Shown here in pieces: positions 18,836-27,676 of a stretch of DNA of 64,000 nucleotides. The position numbers and the translations under genes are program-made. The DNA is taken from positions 62,001 through 126,000 of the IMG/VR virus record IMGVR_UViG_3300020404_001964. One strand, given 5' to 3'. Positions within the stretch are counted from its first letter, which is position 1. Every line of letters starts with the position of its first letter. Under the pieces are notes generated by a model, which was given only the letters and a program-made list of their open reading frames with translations, searched no databases and had not been told where the DNA came from. This stretch comes from an uncultured virus (IMG/VR IMGVR_UViG_3300020404_001964) (Duplodnaviria > Heunggongvirae > Uroviricota > Caudoviricetes).

Positions 18836-19075
18836 TTACATTTCCGGTTGATTAGCGGCACCGTACATCTGTCTCACAAATTCTAACTCTTTTTGTTGTT
18901 CGTCTTTGTGAAATTCACCGGCTTTTCTTGCTTTGTTGATCTGTTTTAATGATAATCTTGTTTTACGTGTGTCATCTAAACTCATGATTGACTGATCTTC
19001 AGTAGCATCATATTGCTTCTGTTCGCCAGGCTCAGTTGTTATTTGATCGTAATAAAAAAGTTCACGTAGTATCAT
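18836..19075 (-). CDS. Small head-cluster protein
   Basis: 79 aa, DTRKTRLSLKQINK; directly after the portal gene. Confidence 0.65.
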   Translation of the reverse strand: MILRELFYYDQITTEPGEQKQYDATEDQSIMSLDDTRKTRLSLKQINKARKAGEFHKDEQQKELEFVRQMYGAANQPEM

Positions 19076-19087
19076 AAAATTATTTAT

Positions 19088-20812
19088 CTAGGCGCCCGGA
19101 GTTGGAGTACCGCCACCTGCTGGTGGATCTCCTGCTGGTGATGGAGCACCTTCTTCACCTGGAGCAGTTGCTGGTGCTTCTGGTTCTGCCGCATCTAAGT
19201 CTGCTTGAATACCTGCTGTGCTTACACCAGCACTTCTTAATTCAGTTGCTGATGTTGTAGGTTTAGATTTGACTGAAGCATCGTTTTCTTCTCTCCACAT
19301 TCTTTCGTTTTCTGCCATCTCTTCTGGAGTTAATCCTAAGAATCTTGATAGAGCATAACGTTTGCTTACAAATGGCACTGTTGCTATTTGTGTGTATGTA
19401 GAAATTCTATTGTTATCCACCTCTGCTTGTCTGTAAGAAGCAAAGTTCATTGGTGGTTGGAACTTGATATCAAACATTGCTGTGTCAATGTTAACACCTT
19501 TTTCTAAAAGATAACGTTTAAACTCTTGATTGAATTCATCTGATACTAAATTTTGTAGTCTTTCACAGTATTTGTTGAATCTTAATTCTTGAATGTATGC
19601 TGTTCCTACTCTACCATCATTGTAATTGCTTTGTGAATCGTCTGCGCCTGTTGGCAAATATGAACTAGGAATACGTAAACCTCTTAATAGTTTGTTTGTA
19701 AAGTATTTTAGGTCATCAATCTCACCTAAGTTAGTACCACCTGGCAGTGTTTCTACTTTAGAACCTCTACCTTCTGCTGTTTGTGGGAAGAAATAATCTT
19801 CATTGATTGATAATGGATTGTACGCAGAGTCTACAACGTTTTGTCCACCACCTGTTGATGAAGGAATACGTCTTTGGTGTATCTCTGTTTTAACTCTTTC
19901 AACGAACTGCATAGCCAAATGCGATGGCATATTACCTACGTCAATGTAAAACACTCTACGTTCTGGTGCTCTTTGTACTCTGTAAATTATAATTGCGTCT
20001 TCTAGTAATTCTTTTTGTTTGTAAACTTTGAAAATGCTTTCTAATAATGAATTACCAAACGGAAAGTTGTTGTCCAGTCCTTCTGATAAACTTAAATGCA
20101 CCATGTGATCGGCATCAACAGCAATTTCTCTTGTTCCTGTTGCGAATCTTGTTCCTGGAGAGTCTTGATAGTTTGCTCCAACCATGCCTCTTACTCCACC
20201 TGTTAAATATCCTGAACCACCGCCAGTAACATTACCAGTTGTTTGATATGGAGTTGTTGCTACAAGATTTTTGAAGTTGAAATTTATATCTCTTACAACA
20301 TATTGTTCAGGTGTTTTACCTGTGCTTTCGTTTACAATGATTTTAGAAACTTTTGCTGGATCAACATGAAACATTTTTTTAGTTTCAGGATCTCTAATAA
20401 AGAAAGCATCACCATATTTGAATACATTACGCATAATTTTAAACACACGTTTGCTGAAATCGTTCATCTTGCACCATTGATGCAGATATTGTTCTATAAT
20501 TTGTATTTCTGTGTTTGTTGCTTTCTGATTATATTCAAATTTGAACGGTGTGTTGTTTTGTGTGTTGTTCTGTGTGCAGAACTCTGCTAGAATATCTAAT
20601 GCGGCATTTACTTCTGAGTCTAAATCCATCACATTGTATTGACCATAACGTTCAATTCTGTTTGGAGCACCACTGTACACATCAGGTAGATATGATGAAT
20701 AGTTTGTTTTGGCAGGGCCTGCCTTGCCACCAGGAGCGCCACCCAATGGTGAATTCATTCCACCCATGCCATCTGATAAAGGCACTTCTGTAAAATATTT
20801 TTTCCAACTCAT
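19088..20812 (-). CDS. gp20: Portal vertex protein (gp20-like)
   Basis: LLEDAIIIYRVQRAPERRVFYIDVGNMP, EDYFFP, GSKVETLPGGTNLGEIDD.KYF. Confidence 0.95.
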   Translation of the reverse strand: MSWKKYFTEVPLSDGMGGMNSPLGGAPGGKAGPAKTNYSSYLPDVYSGAPNRIERYGQYNVMDLDSEVNAALDILAEFCTQNNTQNNTPFKFEYNQKATNTEIQIIEQYLHQWCKMNDFSKRVFKIMRNVFKYGDAFFIRDPETKKMFHVDPAKVSKIIVNESTGKTPEQYVVRDINFNFKNLVATTPYQTTGNVTGGGSGYLTGGVRGMVGANYQDSPGTRFATGTREIAVDADHMVHLSLSEGLDNNFPFGNSLLESIFKVYKQKELLEDAIIIYRVQRAPERRVFYIDVGNMPSHLAMQFVERVKTEIHQRRIPSSTGGGQNVVDSAYNPLSINEDYFFPQTAEGRGSKVETLPGGTNLGEIDDLKYFTNKLLRGLRIPSSYLPTGADDSQSNYNDGRVGTAYIQELRFNKYCERLQNLVSDEFNQEFKRYLLEKGVNIDTAMFDIKFQPPMNFASYRQAEVDNNRISTYTQIATVPFVSKRYALSRFLGLTPEEMAENERMWREENDASVKSKPTTSATELRSAGVSTAGIQADLDAAEPEAPATAPGEEGAPSPAGDPPAGGGTPTPGA

Positions 20813-22971
20813 TATCCGAAATTCTCCGCTGTTTCTGTTGTTGCTTGAGAAGTAATTCTAGTGTAACGATTGTTATCAGTCATCGCCATTAAAATTTGTT
20901 CCATCGTGTTATTTAACTGATCCAACTTGTCTCCTGTCGCTGATGCGGTTGTTGTCATTGTGCCCGTCATACCGCCTCGTAAATTTGTCATTGCATTTCC
21001 TAAGTTCTCTAAACTGTTAGCATACATATCTATTTTCGATTTGTCAAGTTCATCTAGTGTTTTATTGAGGTTTTTGGCAAAATTTTCTGAGCCTCCACCA
21101 AAAATCTTACCTACAAAGCCTGTAATCGCACCTGCGGCACTTCCTGCCCCCATTGCCGCCATAGCACCTGACAGTGCCAAAGTACCTTTGGCTACTTGTA
21201 TTAAATTACCGCCATCTACTTCTGAAAATCCTTGTAAACCACTGCTAAACTTCTCTAATGCTCCTCCCATTAAGAAAGTTGCCGCGGCTAAACCTGCTCC
21301 AATTGCCGTGATTGCTAATCCTAAATTCGCCGCACCTAATAGAGTCGCCGGATTTGCCATTGCTGTCAAACCACTTGCTAATCCTTTTAGTCCGCCACCC
21401 ATGCCGGCTAACATTCCGCCGCCACCAGCACCAGTTTTTCCTAAAACATTTTTTGCCGCACCGCCACCGCCGCCACCTGTTAGGTAACTTGCCGCTCCAC
21501 CAACTACTGCTTTACCTGTTTTGACTGCGCCGATTGCCGCCAATGCCGTCGCCGCACCTACTGCCGCAGTTGCTATTGCTCCGAATGCCGCTTTACCTTC
21601 TGCTGATAATCCATCAAACCATTCATTAAATTTTGTTCCTAAATTATCAAGAGTCTCTCCTAAAGGTGTTACAAAATCTGCTATGAAACCTAACACGGCA
21701 TCAGTCATTTGTTGGAACGGAACCATTAATTTTTGAAATGACGAACGTAATTTTTCGCTGGCTTGATCAAATTGTTTAGCACCTTTAGTATTTTCCGCTC
21801 TTGCTTTTTGTTCTGCTATGATATCACTTGTACTTTGTCCTAAGAATTTTCTAAACTTAACAGAATCTGCCGCAATGTTGAAGAATTCATTGCCCACGCC
21901 TAACTGAGTGGCAATTAATCTTTTCTGACTTTCGTCCATGTTAGCAATGTTTTCACCATTACGTGCCAATGCTTGAATAAACATATCACTTGCACCTGGA
22001 ACACCATCTCTTAATGCCGCAACTGCTTCACGCACTCCGTCTACAGCAAATATACCAACTTGTTCTCCGCCTTCTGGGAATCCTTTTGCCAACAATCCTG
22101 TCACAGCATTAACCATTTCAGGAGCCGCCGCTTTGACCCTTACCATGGTTGCTTCTATTTCATCGTTTGAAATTAAACGTAACTCTCTGGCATCTGCCAC
22201 TGCTTGAAGTTCTGCTTTGACTTGATCTCTTTGTAAACCTGTCAATCTTGATAACTGGTCTAATCTCAATAGATACTCTTGCGAGCCTGCCACCAACTGT
22301 GAATTACTCATTGATTGTGATCTACCTAAACTGGTTTGTAAGTCTAGATAATCAGCAAAGCCTTCTGTGATGTCTTCCATAGAAAATCCAAGACCTGTGA
22401 TTTGTCTTCTGAAATCACTCTGCAGAATTTCTGCTATTATTGAATTAAATCTTCTAGCACCCGATGCCGCGTCACCGCCGAAACCAGCAAGTGATGTGTT
22501 AGCACTCATCAATGCCTGCGCCAACCTTGTCATGTCTATGCCGGCATCACCTGCTATACGTCTGAAGTCACTTACAGTTTGAGTTGTGTTGGCACCTATC
22601 TCTGCCAAGTTTCTAAATGTGTCAACGTTTTCAAATACTCTTGCCGCTAGGTCGGCTGTGAATTGTAAGATTACTTTGTTTAAACCTGTGGTGCTGTATG
22701 CCAGTTGATTAAATCCACCAACTAATCCATTTGCTCCATTAGATAGCGATTCAAAGCCGGCTCCTGCCGCACCTAAAACTTTTTTGAATACAACGACTGA
22801 TTTGCTGGTTTTCTTAGTTTCTTCTGTGAACTCACGTTGAGCACTACTTCCGCCACCGCCTCCACTGCCACTAGAACCACCTAAAGCCTGTAGAATTTTT
22901 TTGGCAGTATCTTCGCTGGCTATTCCGCCTTTTCCTATTGCGTCTTGTAATAAATCTTCAATTTGTGCCAT
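20812..22971 (-). CDS. Probable tail tape-measure protein
   Basis: 719 aa helical A/G-rich protein with hydrophobic stretches; next to gp26-like chaperone. Confidence 0.7.
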   Translation of the reverse strand: MAQIEDLLQDAIGKGGIASEDTAKKILQALGGSSGSGGGGGSSAQREFTEETKKTSKSVVVFKKVLGAAGAGFESLSNGANGLVGGFNQLAYSTTGLNKVILQFTADLAARVFENVDTFRNLAEIGANTTQTVSDFRRIAGDAGIDMTRLAQALMSANTSLAGFGGDAASGARRFNSIIAEILQSDFRRQITGLGFSMEDITEGFADYLDLQTSLGRSQSMSNSQLVAGSQEYLLRLDQLSRLTGLQRDQVKAELQAVADARELRLISNDEIEATMVRVKAAAPEMVNAVTGLLAKGFPEGGEQVGIFAVDGVREAVAALRDGVPGASDMFIQALARNGENIANMDESQKRLIATQLGVGNEFFNIAADSVKFRKFLGQSTSDIIAEQKARAENTKGAKQFDQASEKLRSSFQKLMVPFQQMTDAVLGFIADFVTPLGETLDNLGTKFNEWFDGLSAEGKAAFGAIATAAVGAATALAAIGAVKTGKAVVGGAASYLTGGGGGGAAKNVLGKTGAGGGGMLAGMGGGLKGLASGLTAMANPATLLGAANLGLAITAIGAGLAAATFLMGGALEKFSSGLQGFSEVDGGNLIQVAKGTLALSGAMAAMGAGSAAGAITGFVGKIFGGGSENFAKNLNKTLDELDKSKIDMYANSLENLGNAMTNLRGGMTGTMTTTASATGDKLDQLNNTMEQILMAMTDNNRYTRITSQATTETAENFG

Positions 22972-23090
22972 TATGCGATACCAAAATCCTTGTTACTTGT
23001 ATTTAATGCCAATCATTAAGTACGCATTTAATATGCCATACTAAATATTAGCAGTTTAAAAATTAATTAACAATATTTATTGGAGATTGA

Positions 23091-23957
23091 ATGTCACAAG
23101 AACAAATAGGTACAAATAGTAATCCACTTAAAAAGTATTACAGACAACCCAAACAGTTTGTAAAATTACCAAGCGGATATAAATTCTATCCAGAAGGATC
23201 TATACAAGTTCCTGAATCAGGTGAAGTTGCTGTGTACCCTATGACAGCAAAAGATGAAATGCTGTTGAAAACTCCAGACGCATTATTAAACGGCGAAGCC
23301 ACAGTATCAGTAATTCAAAGTTGTATACCCGCAATTCAGAATGCTTGGGTAATGCCTTCAATAGATTGTGATGCCGCATTGATGACAATAAGAATGGCAA
23401 CATATGGCAACAAGATGACTGTGCCAATCACAGTGCCAGGCACTAAAATTAAAAAAGATTTAGTGTTGGATTTACAAGAAAGTTTATCCACAATATTGTC
23501 AGCACAATACAATGACACGTTCTTTTATCAAAACATGGAAGTAAAAACAAAACCATTAACATACAAAGAATTTACAGAGAGTGCGATACAAACTTTTGAA
23601 CAACAAAGAATTCAAAAAATTGTGGATGACACTAAAATGAACGATGAAGAAAAAATTCGACAGTTTCAAATCACTTTTAAAAAATTAACAGAATTAAGTG
23701 TGGGCATGGTTGCTAACACAATAGCATCAATCACAGTGGATGGTGAGACTGTAACAGATGCCAAACAGATAAAAGAGTTTTTGGAAAACACAGGCAAAGA
23801 ATTTTTCAGTTCCATCATGGAACATCTAGAAAAAAATAGAGAAGCATTCCAATTGAAGCCTCAAAAAATACAATCTTCTGAAGAAGAAGTAAAAGAGGGA
23901 GCACCTGCTGAATATAACATTCCAGTTGCTTTTGATTCCGCAAATTTTTTCGTATAA
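23091..23957 (+). CDS. gp26: Baseplate hub assembly/tail chaperone (gp26-like)
   Basis: NPLKKYYRQP...VKLPS, VYPMTAKDE, IR.ATYG; ends NFFV. Confidence 0.8.
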   Translation: MSQEQIGTNSNPLKKYYRQPKQFVKLPSGYKFYPEGSIQVPESGEVAVYPMTAKDEMLLKTPDALLNGEATVSVIQSCIPAIQNAWVMPSIDCDAALMTIRMATYGNKMTVPITVPGTKIKKDLVLDLQESLSTILSAQYNDTFFYQNMEVKTKPLTYKEFTESAIQTFEQQRIQKIVDDTKMNDEEKIRQFQITFKKLTELSVGMVANTIASITVDGETVTDAKQIKEFLENTGKEFFSSIMEHLEKNREAFQLKPQKIQSSEEEVKEGAPAEYNIPVAFDSANFFV

Positions 23958-24004
23958 AGATAGCAACACTCGACACATCTGAGATCCTGAAACTTTCCAC
24001 AGAA

Positions 24005-24181
24005 ATGGAAAATGAAATAAAAAACTTCAAAGCAGACTTGTTTAAATTGGCATGGTTTATGCGTGGCGGACTATCATTGGATGATATGTTTGCTACTTGC
24101 CATGAAGACAGAGAAGTTATGGGCGGTGTTATAAAAGACAATTTAGACACTGCAAAAAAGACCGGACAACCGTTTTTTTAA
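24005..24181 (+). CDS. gp51-like small hub-assembly protein; probably also the -1 frameshift extension of the gp26-like gene
   Basis: Not in ORF track (58 aa): MENEIKNFKADLFKLAWFMRGGLSLDDMFATCHEDREVMGGVIKDNLDTAKKTGQPFF; frame open back to the slippery site at 23942. Confidence 0.75.
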   Translation: MENEIKNFKADLFKLAWFMRGGLSLDDMFATCHEDREVMGGVIKDNLDTAKKTGQPFF

Positions 24182-24285
24182 TACAAGGTACTATATATAA
24201 AGTATAGAAAATATCAGCACACACGGTGTCTAGAACCAAATAGCAACATTTAATCAATCACACTGCACTTCTAAATAAATCACAT

Positions 24286-24855
24286 ATGCAAGTCTACACA
24301 CAAATTGTACGACCCCAGGAGTTGGATGAGGATGACCTGTGGATTCCTTGTCTTACCACAGCCACCGTTAAACACTCACCTGCTGAAAAACAACCTTTGA
24401 TTGTCACACACATCGAAGCAATCAATCATTACGAACACAGTCTTACAAAACTGTTGGAACAGAAGGTGTTTGCTGTGGGGTCAAAGACATATGACCGACT
24501 TGTAGAGGTTGGCTTCCACCAAGATAATATTCATTGGCGACACAGAGCGGACGAGTTAAGATTGCGTGCCAAAAACATAGGCCCAATGACTTGGCTCCAC
24601 GGAGACAAGTACGCCAGAGATTTTGGCGCCATACCAGAAGTCACAGCAATTCAAACCTACGAATCAAAACCAGATGCCACAGCCATCAAACAGATATTGA
24701 AACTGGAACCAGATGTAATTCATGTGTATTCAGATGCTGTATTGAAAGAGTTGGAGATTAGAAACTGGAGTCACACCAAGTTGAAACACGTTGCGTCCGC
24801 GGAACCTGATAATTCTGTTTGGTTAGATTGTGAATCGTTTGATCCTAATGTTTAA
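24286..24855 (+). CDS. hemD: Uroporphyrinogen-III synthase-like protein, compact
   Basis: VRP near N-term, WIPCL, IVTHIEAI (FTS.NAV-like), VFAVGSKT..RL...GF, IQTYES, DVIHVYS..V. Confidence 0.7.
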   Translation: MQVYTQIVRPQELDEDDLWIPCLTTATVKHSPAEKQPLIVTHIEAINHYEHSLTKLLEQKVFAVGSKTYDRLVEVGFHQDNIHWRHRADELRLRAKNIGPMTWLHGDKYARDFGAIPEVTAIQTYESKPDATAIKQILKLEPDVIHVYSDAVLKELEIRNWSHTKLKHVASAEPDNSVWLDCESFDPNV

Positions 24856-25240
24856 GAACGACTAGCGTCGTTCTGCTTTTCGCTTACGCTCAAGCATTAA
24901 AGCAATTACATAACGAAGTTATGTGTCGCATCATGCAGACAGTTGATCCATACTTCACCCAGTAACGGGAAAAGTATGAAGCCATCATGCGAGACTAGCC
25001 TGCCATTTTGTGAAAGGAACTTTTGTACGGAAGCGGTGACCCGCCAACTCCCTATTCCAGACTTCATTAGTCACGGGCAACTGACCCACCCTTCACAAAC
25101 AAAGTGAGCAGTTGTGATGTTGTATCTTTTTCACAGAGCATCTTCTTTTGTGCCTTTAGTTAGCACTCGACTTGCAACTCAGGATTCACCATTGTGTTTC
25201 AAACGCACTTCCTGGATCTACGATCAATTTGGTTGCTATG
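24855..25240 (-). ncRNA. Candidate large structured non-coding RNA (unassigned family)
   Basis: ORF-free, ~45% GC by hand count over 24901-25200, about ten helices, G-U pairs favour the - strand. Confidence 0.6.
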
Positions 25241-25672
25241 TTAAGCCTTGTTGTAATTTTTAAGTTCTTCTTTAAGGATTTTGGAACCACCAACTCTCAC
25301 ATTGATAATGCCATTGTAGTAATCATCGGATTCTAATACTCGCCTTTCGAACTGTTCTCGAGCCTCGAGATAACTCATTACGCCTCTAGTGTTACAGATG
25401 TATAATATTTCCCTAGTAAATTTGTCTTCGCCTAATTGTGCCACGTCAGCAAGTAAATGATCTGAAGAACCCCAATAGTCCTTCCAGTCCGATTCAACCT
25501 TGCTTCTACGTTTGTTTATCCTGCCCTTGAGAGGCGGACGTGTCTTCTTGAATTTTGCTAATTTTTTGCCCACATACCGTTTACCGTTGGTTGTGTTTGT
25601 GATGAGATACACAAATCCTTCGCAGTCTTCTGGTAGTGAGTCTATTGTTTTACCTTGATAAGTCCATGGCAT
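25241..25672 (-). CDS. GIY-YIG-like (Seg-type) endonuclease, catalytic domain only
   Basis: GFVYLITNTTNGKRYVGKK, YWGSS, FTREIL, LEAREQ, YYN. Confidence 0.8.
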   Translation of the reverse strand: MPWTYQGKTIDSLPEDCEGFVYLITNTTNGKRYVGKKLAKFKKTRPPLKGRINKRRSKVESDWKDYWGSSDHLLADVAQLGEDKFTREILYICNTRGVMSYLEAREQFERRVLESDDYYNGIINVRVGGSKILKEELKNYNKA

Positions 25673-25689
25673 ATGGACATACTTACTGA

Positions 25690-25908
25690 TTATTTTTTCC
25701 GCTCTTGCTGTTTTTGGATCTTGGACACTTTATATTGTGCTTCAAGTTCTTTACGTCTTTGACGTGCCAAAATTCTAATTTCCGCTAGTGCCTTTCTAGC
25801 GGCTACTTTGGTAGCGAGGCTTCGCCTCTCAGCAAACAACTCGTTTGCCTTGAAATAAGCCATGTACGCCTTGGTCAGTTTATCGTGAGTATCATCTTGA
25901 ATGGTCAT
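25690..25908 (-). CDS. Small basic protein, histone H1-like Hc1 type
   Basis: Likely start ATG 25908 overlapping the gp46 end; AARKALAEIRILARQRRKE resembles the Hc1 RARKA..E......RKE pattern. Confidence 0.55.
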   Translation of the reverse strand: MTIQDDTHDKLTKAYMAYFKANELFAERRSLATKVAARKALAEIRILARQRRKELEAQYKVSKIQKQQERKK

Positions 25909-27676
25909 AAGTTTCCACGTCATTAGCATATGCTGTAAAGCCGTTCTCTTTCACAACTTTCAACACATTGTTAACACGTCCCATTAATTCATCTTTGTGC
26001 GATATCAAGAATATATTTTTGCCTGCTTCTCTGCTCATTTTCTTCAAGATTGCCAAACTGCTTTCTACACCTGCTGAATCCATTCCTGAATCTATTAATT
26101 CATCTAAGAACAACAAGTTGATGTTTTGATACAAGTTTTCCCATACATCTCTAAATGCGAAACTTAATCCTAATATCAATCTGTTACGTTCTCCTCTACT
26201 TAAATTATCAAAATCTAGTTCTTGTCCCAGTTGAGTGATCTCCACACTTAAATCATTTTTAAATGTGACCAAGTGTGGAAGACCCAATTGATCCAAGTAG
26301 TGAGTTAACCTGTTGTTCAAGAAGGTTAAGTTTTGATCAATTATTTTTTTCCTTATGAAGGAATCTTTGTTTGTAAGCAGTTTGTATAAAAACTCTTGGT
26401 GCTCTTTCAGTTTCTGTAGAGTGTTTGCTGTGTCCCAATTTATTTCTTGTACTGCTTGATTCTTTAATTCATCTATTTGATCTAGATATGGATTTGCTTC
26501 TTCTTTTTTGTTTTTGAGTGCTGTGTTGATTGATTCCACATACTGTCTGTGATCATATGCTTCTTTTAGTGTGTCATAATAAGTGTTTGGTCTTTGATCC
26601 AAATCCCCAACTGCTTCAATATCTTTTGTTGTTTGTTCCAGTTGTTCACTTAATTCCATTACATAACTGTTGGATTCACCATATTCCATTTCTAATTTTT
26701 TCTGCATTTCTTCAATTTTATCTTGCGGTAAGTCTTGTCCACAAGCATAACAAGTGGCTTTGTGATTTAATTTTTCTAAATCTTTGTGTAATTTTTTTGC
26801 TGTTTTGTCTGCTTGTTCTATTGTGCTTTCCAAACTTGCTCTATCTTTTTGTAATTGTCTTAATACATCATTAAGTTTTGTCCAATCTTCAAGTTTTTGA
26901 TGTGCTTCTAATTCAGCATCAATGTCTACACTTTGTAATTCTTTTAAATTATTTTCTAATTTTTCAATATCTGTTTTGTTTTGATTGTGCCAAGCACTGC
27001 TTTTATTAGTTAAACTGTGAATTGTTTCTTCTACTTTCTCATTACTAATTTTTAAACCTTCTAATCTTGCTGTCTCAAGTGCTATATCTTCTTTTGAACG
27101 TTTAATATGTGTCTTTAAGATGTCTGCTTTCTCAGACAACAGTTGAATTCCTAATAGTTGTTCAATTATTTCCTGTTGTTCATTGTTGTGTAAACTTAAA
27201 AAAGGTTGCGTGTATGTGTTGAGTGCCACAATGTGTTTAAACATTTTTGGATTCATTCCAATCATTCTGTTCAAGTCTTCTTGTGTTTTACGTGAATCTC
27301 CTTGACTGACATCTGAAAGTTCTTGTTCTTGTTCGTCAATGTAATATTTCATTACATTTGGTTTTCTACCACGTTCTACTCTGTAGTTTACTCCATCTTT
27401 TTCAAATGCTATTGTGACCAACATTGATTTGCTGTTGGTTTTATTCACAAGATTGTCTTTACGAATTTTTGTTAGTGCTTCACCATATAGTGCGTAACAC
27501 AATGCGTTGACTATGGTTGTTTTACCTGTACCATTACGTGAACCTGCGTCATCACCGCCCATGTCCAAGTTTTCACCTAGTACCAGTGTTAACAGTTTTT
27601 GTTGAAAGTCTATAGCCTGGGTTTGATTACCCACACTCATAAAATTTTTTACCGTAAGTGTTTTAATCAGTATCAT
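25892..27676 (-). CDS. gp46: Recombination endonuclease ATPase subunit (gp46/Rad50/SbcC)
   Basis: KNFMSVGN, Walker A NGTGKT, zinc hook CYAC, signature LSRGE, LFLDE, ISH. Confidence 0.95.
   Translation of the reverse strand: MILIKTLTVKNFMSVGNQTQAIDFQQKLLTLVLGENLDMGGDDAGSRNGTGKTTIVNALCYALYGEALTKIRKDNLVNKTNSKSMLVTIAFEKDGVNYRVERGRKPNVMKYYIDEQEQELSDVSQGDSRKTQEDLNRMIGMNPKMFKHIVALNTYTQPFLSLHNNEQQEIIEQLLGIQLLSEKADILKTHIKRSKEDIALETARLEGLKISNEKVEETIHSLTNKSSAWHNQNKTDIEKLENNLKELQSVDIDAELEAHQKLEDWTKLNDVLRQLQKDRASLESTIEQADKTAKKLHKDLEKLNHKATCYACGQDLPQDKIEEMQKKLEMEYGESNSYVMELSEQLEQTTKDIEAVGDLDQRPNTYYDTLKEAYDHRQYVESINTALKNKKEEANPYLDQIDELKNQAVQEINWDTANTLQKLKEHQEFLYKLLTNKDSFIRKKIIDQNLTFLNNRLTHYLDQLGLPHLVTFKNDLSVEITQLGQELDFDNLSRGERNRLILGLSFAFRDVWENLYQNINLLFLDELIDSGMDSAGVESSLAILKKMSREAGKNIFLISHKDELMGRVNNVLKVVKENGFTAYANDVETYDHSR

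Noticed and set aside
20927..21487. 186-aa + strand Pro/Ala-rich ORF and similar short antisense ORFs across the window
   Set aside because: Antisense shadows of Gly/Ala-rich real genes, arising from codon bias.
24534..24761. 75-aa alternative-frame ORF inside hemD
   Set aside because: Fully nested, no RBS and no recognisable motif.
24855..25240. RNase P RNA, tmRNA or tRNA cluster
   Set aside because: No GAGGAAAGUC/CR-V pair at proper spacing, no tRNA-like ends or T-loop GTTCRA pattern, and no tag ORF.
24855..25672. Group I intron carrying a GIY-YIG homing endonuclease (GACTA/TAGTC at 24993-97 and 25068-72 resembles P7)
   Set aside because: I could not find convincing P3/P4/P6 or J8/7 consensus. 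There is also no interrupted gene: the flanks are complete ORFs and hemD converges from the other strand. Kept only as an unassigned structured RNA.
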